A stretch of 64,000 nt of DNA, from NCBI GenBank assembly GCA_963784375.1, contig CAWAQY010000021.1:51093-115092 (forward strand), read 5' to 3'. The translations under genes and the position numbers were made by a program. The notes under the pieces were generated by a model, which searched no databases, had not been told where the DNA came from, and saw only the letters and a list, made by a program, of their open reading frames with translations. The DNA is from an uncultured Chloroflexia bacterium (GTDB lineage Bacteria > Chloroflexota > Dehalococcoidia > GIF9 > UBA5629). This document shows, in pieces, positions 1-10,039 of this stretch. Numbering within the stretch: position 1 is the first letter of the stretch; each line of letters starts with the position of its first letter.

Positions 1-1271
1 TCGGCGTCAGGTATTTTCTCCCTTATAAGATGGGAAAACTTGAGCGAGTACATACAGCAGACTCGGGAACAATATTCATGGTAGTTAGTATCACGGCTGC
101 CGACGCAGTGGAGGATAGCTACGCTCTTCGGGCATGGAACCATTTTTAAGCAAAAGTTTGCCTCCCGTAGGTCCAGAAGCACTGCTCATCCTTTCAAATT
201 GAATGCCGGTGACGACGTTATCGTATCTGCCGTAGCCAAATTGTGAGATTACGCCTGGATCAAAATTATCGAATCCGGTGGTAACGATAATATTGCCGAC
301 ATCGACTTCAACTATTTTTTCTGTTTGCTCAAAATCAATTGCTTTTGCTTCGCAGAATTTTTCACAGGCGCGGCATTTGCCTTTAAGGAAATACATACAA
401 TGTTCCCGGTCAATAACAGGTACATTAGGCACTGCCTGCGGCAAAGGGAGTATAGATCACTTTACGCTTGCCTACTCCGCTATCGAATTCGCTCGCCGTT
501 TTACTGGGGCATTTATCCTGACAGGTGCCGCATCCGGTGCATTTGCTTTCATCAACATAACGTGGCTTTTCTCTTTACTTTAACTTTGAAATTGCCCACA
601 TAACCGGAAACATCGACGACTTCACTATATGTCATCAGCTCGATGTTTTTGTGTGACCTCACCGAGGCCATTTTCGGTGTGAGTATTCAAGCAGAACAGT
701 CTAGTGTGGGGAAGGTTTTATCCAACTGAGCCATGTGGCCGCCGATTGACGGCTCTCGTTCTACCAGGAAAACTTTATGGCCGGAATCAGCAATTTCCAG
801 AGCAGCCTGGATGCCTGCGATACCGGCTCCGACAATCAGGGTATTTGGATTGACTTGAACCTCTTTATTTTCCAGAGCCTGATTATAGTAGACGCGGCTT
901 ACCGCTCCGCTCACTATTGCCTTGGCTTTCTCAAGCGCTGCGGTTTTGTCTTCCGTGACCCAGGCGCACTGCTCGCGTATATTTGCCATTTCAAAGAAAT
1001 AAGGATTCAAACCAGCGCTGGACAAAGCTCGACGAAAAGTCTGCTCATGCAACCGGGGCGAGCAGGATGCAACCACGATCCGGTTAAGCCCAAGCTCTCT
1101 AATATCATTTTTTATTAGTTCCTGTCCTGGGTCTGAACACATAAATTTGTAATCACGGGCTAAAGCTACCGACGGCAGCCCTTTTGCGAACTCAGTCAGC
1201 TGCACAACATCAACGGTATTCGCAATATTAGCCCCGCAATGACATATGTATACACCTATTTTGGGTTCCAT
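1..1271 (-). CDS. hdrA: Heterodisulfide reductase subunit A, probable selenoprotein; runs off the window end; indel-broken
   Basis: GVYICHCG, VVASCSP, NIREQC, GAGIAG FAD motif. FPTLDCSA-TGA(687-689) continues in frame as ILTPKMASV. Later frames give CTGCGTCQDKCP, CRACEKFC and LHCVGSRD..YCSRVCCMYSLK. Confidence 0.95.
658..683 (-). promoter_or_regulatory. Putative bacterial SECIS hairpin of hdrA
   Basis: Just 3' of the UGA: CTCA-CACCGA-AAATGGCC-TCGGTG-AG, a 6-bp stem with a GG-containing loop. Confidence 0.55.
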
Positions 1272-1283
1272 TGCTCCTCCTTT

Positions 1284-2163
1284 CTATTTCGTAAGAAATC
1301 CGGCCAGAGCCTTATCGGCTGAGACGATACATTTTCCCAGACTCCAGTTGTTGACTATCGACTCCAAAAGCTAAGCCCATAAGCTGGGTAAAAAATAGAA
1401 TGGGAATAGCGAAGTTAGTCTTATACTTCTTGTTTATTTTGTTCTGATAGACATCTAAATTCGTCTGACACAGAGGGCAGACCGTAACAATGCATTGAGC
1501 CCCATTTGCAGCAGCGCTGCTGAATAGTTTGTAAAGCAAGTCCAGGGCAATTTCTTCTTCGGATAGGATGAGCGACCCGCCACAGCAACGGGACTTCAGA
1601 GGGAAAGGTATCGCATCACCGCCCAGGCTGATTATCAAGTTATCCAGCGATTTGGGATACTCAGGATGATCGAAACCGATGTTTGGCCTCACTATCTGGC
1701 AGCCGTAATATGGTGCTACCTTAAGGCCTTTCAGGTCCCTGGTTACATGTGACTTGATGTTTTCGTATCCAATGTCACTGGTGATCACGTCCAGGAGGTG
1801 GCGTACCTTAATTGTACCATTGTATTCCAGATTCCCGGCAGCCAGGGCTTCCTTGACCTGCGCTTTCAATTCCGGATACTCTTTTAACGCTATATTTGTC
1901 TTGTTTAAGAGTACATAACACGCACTGCAGGGCGTCACAAGATCAAATCCCCTTTTTTCTGAAATAGCCAGGTTGCGAGCCGAGCAGCAATAACTTGCCA
2001 GTTCATCAACAGACGCATAAGGGGTTGAGCCGCAACAGTTCCAGTCTTCGAGCTCGACAAATTCGATGTCCAGCACTTTAGCTACAGCCTTTGCAGACAG
2101 GTCATAGGCTTTAGCACCACCATGAGCCGAAGAGCAGCCAGGGAAATAGCTATAGTATTTCAT
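1284..2163 (-). CDS. hdrB: Heterodisulfide reductase subunit B (two CCG domains); indel near 3' end
   Basis: YFPGC, DWNCCG, TPCSAC, YYGCQ, RCCGG, CPLCQ.NLD. The alternative frame ends ...SADKALAGFLTK-TAG at 1284, just before the hdrA RBS. Confidence 0.93.
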
Positions 2164-2738
2164 TTATTTCCCCTCCAGTTAAAAGTTTCTGCTTTATCCA
2201 GTATGGCTCTAAACTGTGCTTCCGCCTCCGGCTTCATTCTTTTAGCTTTGGCGGTGAGCCGCCCGTGTTTGAGCAAGCTGATAGCCTGTGGTAGCATTCT
2301 TAAAGAGCGCAGTGGATTGGTTAATAGATAGTACCAGGTCATAAAGCCCATCTCCGGCACATTTCCTATGCTATAAACGAAATCACTGAAACTTCGATAC
2401 ATGTTCGGCGTATTGGTTCGTTTACTGCTCACATTGTGGCGCATGGCAACACATTCAAGGGCATGCATGAGGTCCGTTGGTTTGATTCCTCGGGGGCAGC
2501 GAACCGTACATAGATAGCAGGAGAGGCATAACCATTGTGAATTGCTGGATAAAACCTCATCGCGCATACCCGCACTTGCCATAGCGATGAGCTGTCTGGG
2601 GGCATAGTCCATCTTTTTAGCGTTGGGACAGGAGGCAGTACATGTGCCGCATTGGATGCACAGCTTGATCTTTTCCCCACCGGGGATGGAACTGATTTCC
2701 TCCAGGAGACTGTTGTTGCCGTGTTCCCTTTTTTTCAT
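2160..2738 (-). CDS. hdrC: Heterodisulfide reductase subunit C (2x[4Fe-4S])
   Basis: CIQCGTCTASCP and WLCLSCYLCTVRCP; overlaps the hdrB start. Confidence 0.93.
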   Translation of the reverse strand: MKKREHGNNSLLEEISSIPGGEKIKLCIQCGTCTASCPNAKKMDYAPRQLIAMASAGMRDEVLSSNSQWLCLSCYLCTVRCPRGIKPTDLMHALECVAMRHNVSSKRTNTPNMYRSFSDFVYSIGNVPEMGFMTWYYLLTNPLRSLRMLPQAISLLKHGRLTAKAKRMKPEAEAQFRAILDKAETFNWRGNK

Positions 2739-3081
2739 CTGACACCAGCCTATGCGTTTATTTTAACGATTAGATTTGCATATATCAGAATAAGTCTAAG
2801 ATGATATTCGGTTGAAAACTCCCTTTTGGTTTTTTTGATTTTATTCCCTTCCCGTTCCGATTGGTATGACCAAACTACCTATTTTAGATACGTACTTATA
2901 CTGGTAATTCCAGGAAGCTTGCTCCTAAGTCTATCATAATCCCATGCACTGTGAAATAAACTATTGCATCATTTGGCATAATGTGCTTATCGCCGGTAAG
3001 CTCACCTTATAAACAAAGGGTAAGAATATATGTGAGCGGGTAGTCTTTATCGACAACCGGAAAAATGAAGATAGTGGGTTA

Positions 3082-3579
3082 TTACGTCAGCTTTATTTCC
3101 TTGTCCAGAAGAGCCAGGCCTATTCCGTTAATAAGACGGAGTCGGGTATTGGCAAGCCTGAGGCTGATCAGTTTGCAAAGCTCCCTCATAACTTCATATC
3201 CCAAAAGTGTATCATCGTTCATGGTTTTCAGTAACATATCACCTTTTATAGCCACTGTGGTACACGGAGTCATACAACGGGCTGACAGAGTAAATACATA
3301 AGGCTCTACGAGCGCCGACCAGCCGAAGAACTCATCCTTGCTGACTACTTCCAGTGCTGTCGGTATTGCGGGGCGGTTTGGGACAGGTTTTACTTCCATC
3401 TCCAATGCGATTCTGCCGTCGGTGAGGATATAGAGCTCGGAGGCTTTCTCACCTTCCTTGAAAATCATATCTCCTGAACGGTAAGAAATTGAACGACTGT
3501 ACGTTGCAACCTTATTAAGATGGGCGGAATCCATTGCCCCAAATAGATCAGACTTCTTTAAAATATCAATAATTGCCAT
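3082..3579 (-). CDS. Stand-alone cyclic-nucleotide-binding (Crp/Fnr-type sensor) domain protein without HTH
   Basis: IFKEGEKASELYILTDGRI..FFGWSAL..SARC cNMP-binding pattern; GGAGG RBS. Confidence 0.85.
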   Translation of the reverse strand: MAIIDILKKSDLFGAMDSAHLNKVATYSRSISYRSGDMIFKEGEKASELYILTDGRIALEMEVKPVPNRPAIPTALEVVSKDEFFGWSALVEPYVFTLSARCMTPCTTVAIKGDMLLKTMNDDTLLGYEVMRELCKLISLRLANTRLRLINGIGLALLDKEIKLT

Positions 3580-3711
3580 CTCTTCATACCTCCTGTACCA
3601 TTATCTCCAAAATTATAGTTCTAATATATAGACAAAGTATCTACATTATCCATTCATGAGCCAATTTGTTTTTATCCTGTTTCTAAACACGTAATGCAGA
3701 CACAAGTGCCG

Positions 3712-3930
3712 TTATTTGCGGTCATTATCATCACCAAAAAATATTTGCGGATGGAACAGTAAATAGATAAATGAGCCAACAATAAGAACCAGTAGTATTA
3801 AAATAGCCCAAATCCACTTTTTACCACCCATCACTCTCCTTCGGTTTGCCAGGTCGTTTAGCATTATAAATGCTAATATCCAATGCAAGACACCAAATAA
3901 AATAAGTCGTAAAATATACTCCCAACCCAT
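3712..3930 (-). CDS. Small membrane protein, PLDc_N-like
   Basis: Two TM helices with KWIWAILILL..IVGSFIYLL, typical of PLDc_N. Confidence 0.7.
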   Translation of the reverse strand: MGWEYILRLILFGVLHWILAFIMLNDLANRRRVMGGKKWIWAILILLVLIVGSFIYLLFHPQIFFGDDNDRK

Positions 3931-4012
3931 CCATCACAACTCTGTTTTATCCAGGATTTCCCATTTCAATCCGCATCGAAGCTACCATCGTTCGTCCTCG
4001 CCTTCGGCCATT

Positions 4013-4041
4013 ATAATATCCCCTTGCCACGAGGTTGTCAA
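4013..4041 (-). promoter_or_regulatory. sigma70-type promoter
   Basis: TTGACA-17 nt-TATTAT upstream of the 3712..3930 gene. Confidence 0.6.
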
Positions 4042-4130
4042 TGAGGTTTGGTTCCCTTTTTGATCAATCAATTGCCGTGAAGGTAAGGGTGAGATTTGCG
4101 GCTATTTTACCTTGGCAATTCGCCTGAGTC

Positions 4131-4577
4131 TCAGTTTGATAGAGGAGATCCTGGTTTGTTATCTTTTTTAAACAGGTTTTCAAGATGTTTTCGGCGGTCG
4201 CATTCTCGTGCAAATAATATTCCTGTTACGACCGCGATTACACTAAAAAGCGATGCCCGTAATAGTGGGTCTGGATAAGGTGATATAAAGAGAGCTCTGG
4301 GTAAGAAAATGCAGATAGTGAGTACTTCAATAATTACAGTCGCCCTCATGCCAAAATAATAGGCAGCATACATTATGGGCACCAGAAATATTAGCCTGTG
4401 TATATCATGAACGCTATAGAAGAATTCCCAGCGCAGAGAATTCCATTTAAAGAAATCGATTATTTCTCCAAAATAATAAAATAGAGAGCATATTACAAAT
4501 ATGAAAAATAGAAAATAAAACCTGTAAATGTTCCGTCTATGCGACTTGTTTTCTATCAACGTAGACTCCATGATCAA
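4131..4577 (-). CDS. Hypothetical membrane protein resembling an isolated histidine-kinase input domain
   Basis: About 4 hydrophobic helices ending in a ECDRRKHLE linker; no kinase domain follows. Confidence 0.55.
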   Translation of the reverse strand: MIMESTLIENKSHRRNIYRFYFLFFIFVICSLFYYFGEIIDFFKWNSLRWEFFYSVHDIHRLIFLVPIMYAAYYFGMRATVIIEVLTICIFLPRALFISPYPDPLLRASLFSVIAVVTGILFARECDRRKHLENLFKKDNKPGSPLSN

Positions 4578-4595
4578 GTCAATTATTCTTGTTTT

Positions 4596-4832
4596 TTATT
4601 TGTTGTGAGATTCCCAATCCTCTATCGACTTCCTGATTACACTGGTAAAATAGGCTGACCAGGCAATCGCCAGAAGTGCACACAAAATCACAAAGATAGT
4701 TATGGCCGCCTTGATTAATCCTGCCCATTCATTATTCGGTACCAGTCCCCAGAGCAAAACGACTACAACAATTGCAAGAGCGGTGATTATCACTGTGGTG
4801 AGGACTGGAATCAGGATACGCAATGTTTTCAA
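4596..4832 (-). CDS. Hypothetical 2-TM membrane protein
   Basis: GGAGG RBS upstream; two hydrophobic segments. Confidence 0.6.
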   Translation of the reverse strand: MKTLRILIPVLTTVIITALAIVVVVLLWGLVPNNEWAGLIKAAITIFVILCALLAIAWSAYFTSVIRKSIEDWESHNK

Positions 4833-4898
4833 TGATAATCCTCCTTATTACAGTATAGTGCGAATTTAATTAAATTGCATGACTTGGGGTTGAAAGTT

Positions 4899-4930
4899 AA
4901 AGGGCTGGAGTCTTTAGATTCCAGCCCTTT
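4899..4930. terminator. Intrinsic terminator downstream of the 52-aa small gene
   Basis: aaagggctggagtct-tt-agattccagcccttt inverted repeat with A/T flanks. Confidence 0.8.
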
Positions 4931-4974
4931 ATACTTTTATTGGATGTAGACAACCTCTTCACTTCATCGACCTT

Positions 4975-5133
4975 TTAGCTTCCCGTGGTAACTTTAGCTT
5001 CTTGTGCTACTCTTGCTTTCCGTTCCTTCAAGGCATGCATCAAGCCACCGATGTTGAGATACCATATGAAAGCTGCCGGGAACAGAATCACTGGGATTGC
5101 GATGACCAGAGCGATTACAAATCCGATTTCCAT
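4975..5133 (-). CDS. 52-aa single-TM small protein, absent from the ORF track
   Basis: MEIGFVIALVIAIPVILFPAAFIWYLNIGGLMHALKERKARVAQEAKVTTGS*; AAGGAGGT RBS and downstream terminator. Confidence 0.75.
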   Translation of the reverse strand: MEIGFVIALVIAIPVILFPAAFIWYLNIGGLMHALKERKARVAQEAKVTTGS

Positions 5134-5293
5134 TTCTATTTACCTCCTTTTTTTACTTTCCGATATTATTATAGGCTCCTCCTCTAAGCATGATAACGGC
5201 TAAAATACCCTTTTTAAATGAGTAGTTATACTGTTAAACGCGGGTATTCGATGGATAAGCTTGGATTGTTGTGGGATATGAGTCATGACTGTA

Positions 5294-5824
5294 TTACCTT
5301 GACTGTCTTATGCTATATTTGCAGCCGCAATAGTTTTGCTGATAAAGATTTAATTGTCTTGCCAGTAGTATAGCGTTCTTGAACCCCTCATTTTCCTTGA
5401 AGTTTCTTTCCAGGAATCTGACTCCGCCGATTTCTTTACCTATTCTGTTTACTACTTCGGTAGACTTGTGTGGGCTTATACTGAGAGTAGTAGTAAAAAC
5501 GTTTGCTCCGCATTGCTGTAGATATAAATATGTTTTCTGCAGCCTTAAACGGAAACAGATATGGCACCTTTTGCCGCCTTCAGGTTCATCTTTGAACGAC
5601 TCGGTCTGTAAATACCACTCGTCAGGGGCAAACGGGACTGCAACCAGGGGAAAATTAAGTTCAGAGGCTACTTTTCTGGCGGATTCAAGCCTTTTTGAAT
5701 ATTCGTCTGGTGGATAGAGATTGGGATTACAGAAAAAGCCAATGATGCTGTGTCCTTCCTCCGCCAGCATTTTTACAGCCCCTGCTGCACAGACTCCGCA
5801 GCAAATATGCAGAACTACCTTCAT
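5294..5824 (-). CDS. queH: Epoxyqueuosine reductase QueH
   Basis: LHICCGVC, NPNLYP..EY.KR, EPEGGKRC..C..LRL, TTTLSISPHK, YQQNYCGC. Confidence 0.9.
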   Translation of the reverse strand: MKVVLHICCGVCAAGAVKMLAEEGHSIIGFFCNPNLYPPDEYSKRLESARKVASELNFPLVAVPFAPDEWYLQTESFKDEPEGGKRCHICFRLRLQKTYLYLQQCGANVFTTTLSISPHKSTEVVNRIGKEIGGVRFLERNFKENEGFKNAILLARQLNLYQQNYCGCKYSIRQSR

Positions 5825-5846
5825 ATAGCGACCTTATTCATTGTAC

Positions 5847-7014
5847 TTAAGCAGTAGTGATAGCCGTTTTCGGTGTGCGAAATAGGCTGATAATAATTAC
5901 CAGACAAAGAGCCAGACTTATCCCGCAGGCAAGAAACATCGTCTCGAGGTTGCTAAATGCCGCCACAGCCCCCATTACGGTAGGTCCCACGGCGCTGCCG
6001 AACTGGTAGAGGCTGGTAAACATGCCTATTGCCAACCCCCTGGTTTCATCTGGGGATAGATCAGCGGTCAATGCCATGCTTGATGGTTGGACAATGCCCA
6101 TACCGATACCGAAGCAGAATCGCTATTATGCTGAGCGAAATGAGCGTGTGAAAGTTGGCGATAAAGCCAACCATCAGGGCACTCAAAGCCAGGCCAGACA
6201 ATATCATAGGCTTTCGGCCGATTCTATCCGATATGCTTCCGGCAACAACTCTGAGCATAGCCGAACTCGCATAGGAAAGGGTTATTATCAGGCCGGCTCC
6301 AATTACACTTATTTCGAGCCCTTTACAGTAAATAGGCATGTAAGCGTTCATTGTTCCGATACCAACAGATATGGCAAATGGCGTCAGTATTGCTCCGTAC
6401 AGAGCTTTTTGCTTTAACCATTTCCATGATTTATTGAGGCTTATCTTGTCGATTTTTCTCTGTGGGATTTTGCGGAATTGAAGAAAAACGATTACTAAAC
6501 CGGCAAGAGAGAGAATCCCACTCACAATAAATACGGGTGTAAAGCTGAAGTTGTTCAATATGTAACCACCCACAACTGGTCCTACCATGAGACCCGATTG
6601 CGTTGCTGTTGTATACCAGCCCAATGCTTTTCCCCGCTGCCCTGCCGGAGACAGGTCAAGTACTGCGGCTATTGTAACCGGAACCTGGGCGGCAAGGCCA
6701 ATGCCATGAAGCGCCCTCAACAGGGAGAGTTGCGTTATTGTAGTCGTAAAAGTATAGAAAATGGGGCATAGTGTTGAGATGACGAGCCCGATTACCAGGA
6801 GTGTGCGCCGTCCCAATCTATCTGAGAGTAAACCGAAAGGGACCATAAAGATGGCTGTCCCGTACGAAAGCAAAGCGACAATTATTCCGATTTCAGAGAT
6901 AGATGCGCCCAATCCAGCCGTGTACAGAGGAATCGCCGGTATGAGCACGCTCTGGCTGCAAAATTCGAAGAAACCGATAAGATAAATTATAGGCAGGATA
7001 AAGGATTTTTTCAC
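5847..7014 (-). CDS. MFS transporter; indel near 6100; likely GTG start at 7014
   Basis: GLLSDRLGRR and GSISDRIGRK motif A; C-terminal part in ORF 5847..6101. Confidence 0.88.
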
Positions 7015-7106
7015 ACCAAACTCTCTTAAGAACTTCAACCAGCGATCCTGGAGAGCTCTCGCTACAAAGTCTATCACGGAAGAGGAGGAAATTCTTATGA
7101 TTTCAG

Positions 7107-7194
7107 TGGCGGAGGGGGTGGGATTCGAACCCACGTTAGCTTGCGCTAAAACGGTTTTCAAGACCGTCGCCATCGTCCACTCGGCCACCCCTCC
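7107..7194 (-). tRNA. tRNA-Ser (anticodon TGA)
   Basis: GGAGGGG/CCCCTCC acceptor stem, ACGGT-CT-TGA-AA-ACCGT anticodon arm, long variable arm, GGTTCGAATCC, G discriminator and encoded CCA. Confidence 0.97.
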
Positions 7195-7205
7195 AGAATC
7201 ACACT

Positions 7206-7234
7206 AGTATAAAAAATTAGGCTTTGTTTGACAA
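7206..7234 (-). promoter_or_regulatory. sigma70 promoter of the tRNA gene
   Basis: TTGTCA-17 nt-TATACT. Confidence 0.7.
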
Positions 7235-7360
7235 CTTTGGTGATACTGCTGAAGTTCCTATTATCTGTGGTAATCGCTCATAAAGGAGATTCGTATAAAA
7301 AGAGAAACAATAGGAAAAAGGGCCGAACAATAGATTGTAAGAAATTATTTTGGATTCAAA

Positions 7361-9301
7361 CTAAAGAGAATTCAGAATAGCCTTTATCTCGTCAGGGCTG
7401 GCAAAGCCTGCGTCTATCTGTATTTTTTTAATCACGCCGTTGGAGTCCAGGAAAAACGTGCGCGGCCAACTCGTAACATTAAAGGTAGTTTTTACTTCTC
7501 TTAGAGAGTCGAGAAGAACCGGGAATGAATATTTGCTGGCATCTATATAGGATTGTGCAGTAGATTGCGCCGAAGCAGCACTCTCCGCAGGTAGTGGAAT
7601 GTAGATTGCCAGTACGACTAATTGCTTGGCACCTGCCCAGCTTGTGAATACCGATTGAATATGCGGCATTTCAGCTATACACGGGGGACAATCTACCCTC
7701 CAGAAATTTATCATTACCAGCTTACCTTTAAGGCTGTTCAACGAAACGTCTGCGCCCTGGAGATTTTTCAAAATAAAATTGGGGGCACGTTGCCCTAGCC
7801 CTATACCTTCCGGAATGTTATCAGGGGGAGGTGGGGGAGTCGGGGGAGTCGGGGGCTGAACTGTTGTAGTGAATACCTGGTCAGTCTCCTTTGTACCTTC
7901 ATTGCCGGCAGCATCAATTGAGCTAACCGTGACGTGATATTTAATACCAAGTTTTATATCGTTGACCTGTGAGGAATGGTTCTTAACCAGTGTTGCATCA
8001 GGTTCAGTCCAGGTACAGACTCCATTAGGGTCGCAGAGTCTGAGCTGGCTGGTCGCTTTTTCGTCAGTGGTCCATTCTATAATTACCGACGAGCCGCTTA
8101 CGCTGGAGACGGATAATCCTGAAATGACCGGTGGCGTTTTATCTATAGTGGCTATTGTTGGCTTAGGAGGCGTAGCGACCACCTGGCTGACGACAAATAT
8201 AACCATGGAAATAAGGGCTGCCGCAACTACAAAAATTGCCACTAAAAGTCCTACAGGGAAACCCTGAGCCTTGCGAGGATAGGCTTTTTCTCTTTTCTTA
8301 GGCCTGGGCTTAGCCTGATATTCAGGAAATTCTGCTCCAATGCCCGGAATAGAACCTGGTTGCGGCATCGCATACGCACCTGGCTGGTCCTGTTGGGGAG
8401 TATAGGCACCGGCAAAATCGGCAAAATCCTGTGGAGGTATATAGGTACCCATGAAATCCTGCACCATCCCTCCCGGGGAAGCAGCTTCGATTGAAGGAAT
8501 CATCCGGCTCATTTGTATCGGGGCACCCCTGTTAGCCAATTCGCTCGCTGGTGTATACCTTTCATATTGACGGCCGGAACCGCTCAACTGTCCGCACTGC
8601 TGGCAGAATTTAGAATCTGAAGGAACGGATGCACCGCAGAAAGGACAGGCATGTCCAGGTTGCTCGTTTCTAGGAGGCAGGAATTGTTGACTGGCATAAT
8701 TCTGAGATGCACGTGGAGAAGGTGGAGTAAAACCGTCAGATGTTTGCTGTTGAGGCATAGCGTATTCCATTGAGCCTATAAAACCACAATTCTGACAACT
8801 TCCTGCCCGGGGATCGGCTTTTACTCCACATCTGGGGCAGGCATATGCCAATTTGGAGTCATGGGCACCCGGGTACTGCTGTTGAACGACATAATTCTGA
8901 GGCGCTTGCCTGATAGCACCGATCTTCGGCTTTGCAGGTCGCGTGTCCTGTTGCGTACCGGCAGTCTGTCCTGTCTCTACCATAAATCCACAATTTACAC
9001 AACGGCCCAAAGTGAACACACTTTTAACCTGACATCTGGGGCAAATCCCTTCCCTGACCTCCGGGATTCCCTGAGATCTTTGAATTGTAGCATCGAATGT
9101 AGGTACCTTTGCCTGAGGCCTCCAGTTTCGGTCCTGCCATCCGCAGGACGAACATATTTTGGAGACAAGTGGATGGCCATTAGGGCACGACCTTGCGCCA
9201 CATTTGCCACAGGTCACTTCGTTCGGATTTTTAGGCGACCGGCAGGAAGGACAAAAAGCTATAGTGGGTCTAGGCTGCATGAGAGTGCATAGCCTCCGCA
9301 A
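7361..9301 (-). CDS. Multi zinc-ribbon / TM / FN3-like / TlpA-type thioredoxin (redoxin) protein
   Basis: Ten CxxC or CxxxH knuckles in the N-terminal half, Q/P-rich linker, one TM helix, DKTPPVIS..EWTTDEKATS FN3-like domain, PPT linker, APNF.L..INFWRVDCPPCIAEMP..WPRTFFLD. Confidence 0.85.
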   Translation of the reverse strand: MRRLCTLMQPRPTIAFCPSCRSPKNPNEVTCGKCGARSCPNGHPLVSKICSSCGWQDRNWRPQAKVPTFDATIQRSQGIPEVREGICPRCQVKSVFTLGRCVNCGFMVETGQTAGTQQDTRPAKPKIGAIRQAPQNYVVQQQYPGAHDSKLAYACPRCGVKADPRAGSCQNCGFIGSMEYAMPQQQTSDGFTPPSPRASQNYASQQFLPPRNEQPGHACPFCGASVPSDSKFCQQCGQLSGSGRQYERYTPASELANRGAPIQMSRMIPSIEAASPGGMVQDFMGTYIPPQDFADFAGAYTPQQDQPGAYAMPQPGSIPGIGAEFPEYQAKPRPKKREKAYPRKAQGFPVGLLVAIFVVAAALISMVIFVVSQVVATPPKPTIATIDKTPPVISGLSVSSVSGSSVIIEWTTDEKATSQLRLCDPNGVCTWTEPDATLVKNHSSQVNDIKLGIKYHVTVSSIDAAGNEGTKETDQVFTTTVQPPTPPTPPPPPDNIPEGIGLGQRAPNFILKNLQGADVSLNSLKGKLVMINFWRVDCPPCIAEMPHIQSVFTSWAGAKQLVVLAIYIPLPAESAASAQSTAQSYIDASKYSFPVLLDSLREVKTTFNVTSWPRTFFLDSNGVIKKIQIDAGFASPDEIKAILNSL

Positions 9302-9328
9302 TAATAAGATGGATTATTAGAGTTTTTG

Positions 9329-9724
9329 TCATTTCTGGTTACCGGACTCGTTTGAATTTGCAGTTTGCATGATACAGCCGCATGAGATACAAAATCCCGA
9401 TGTAAGGTCGACCATAGTGCCGCATTGGGTACAGGGAATGCTTAACCTCGCTCCGCAGGCAGTACAATACCTTCGGCCGGAATTATCTGGCAAACCGCAC
9501 TGGGGGCAGTTAATAGACTTGTATATGGCTTCAACCTTATATTGTCCTTTCCCAAAACGCCCGGTTCCACAAAGAAACGCGCAATCCGGGCAAAACCTCG
9601 AATCCGGAGGAACGATTCCTCCACATTGGGGACAGGGCGTTCCTATTCTGTGGCCGCAACTGATACAAAAGCTCAAACCTTTGGCATTATCCGTATTGCA
9701 ATAACTGCATTTAACTTGTTGCAT
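9329..9724 (-). CDS. Double zinc-ribbon protein
   Basis: Eight CxxC knuckles (CSYC, CISC, CPQC, CPDC, CPQC, CTAC, CTQC, CISC). Confidence 0.85.
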   Translation of the reverse strand: MQQVKCSYCNTDNAKGLSFCISCGHRIGTPCPQCGGIVPPDSRFCPDCAFLCGTGRFGKGQYKVEAIYKSINCPQCGLPDNSGRRYCTACGARLSIPCTQCGTMVDLTSGFCISCGCIMQTANSNESGNQK

Positions 9725-10018
9725 GATATTCGTTTATGGCTCTATATTCTTTTATTTGCATTCACATACCACGCCAAGTATATACCATAATACCATATGA
9801 CTTTACTATAATAAATACAAATAAAGCAAAATTTGCAGACTAAATCAATGCCGACTCATAGCTACGGCGGATAATATCAATAACGTGCGCATAGGTAGGC
9901 GGCCGAAACTTTAAGGATGTTCCCGATGCTTAAACTACATCGTATAGTGCTTAATGAGAGGTTCATTGGAATGGAGGATGCGTTTTGGTACTGCAGAGTT
10001 GTAAATGAAGCAAGAAAA

Positions 10019-10036
10019 CTACCCTCGAGGGGTAGA
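10019..10036 (-). terminator. Probable terminator after the second redoxin gene
   Basis: ctaccc-tcgag-gggtag hairpin directly after the stop, followed on the minus strand by TTTTCTT. Confidence 0.5.
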
Positions 10037-10039
10037 TTA

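Noticed and set aside
7015-7188. N-terminal extension of the MFS ORF
   Set aside because: It is translation through the tRNA gene; the true start is probably GTG at 7014.
7107-7194. tRNA with TGA in the anticodon loop as tRNA-Sec
   Set aside because: tRNA-Sec has anticodon TCA and an 8-bp acceptor stem. This one has anticodon TGA and a 7-bp stem, so it is tRNA-Ser.
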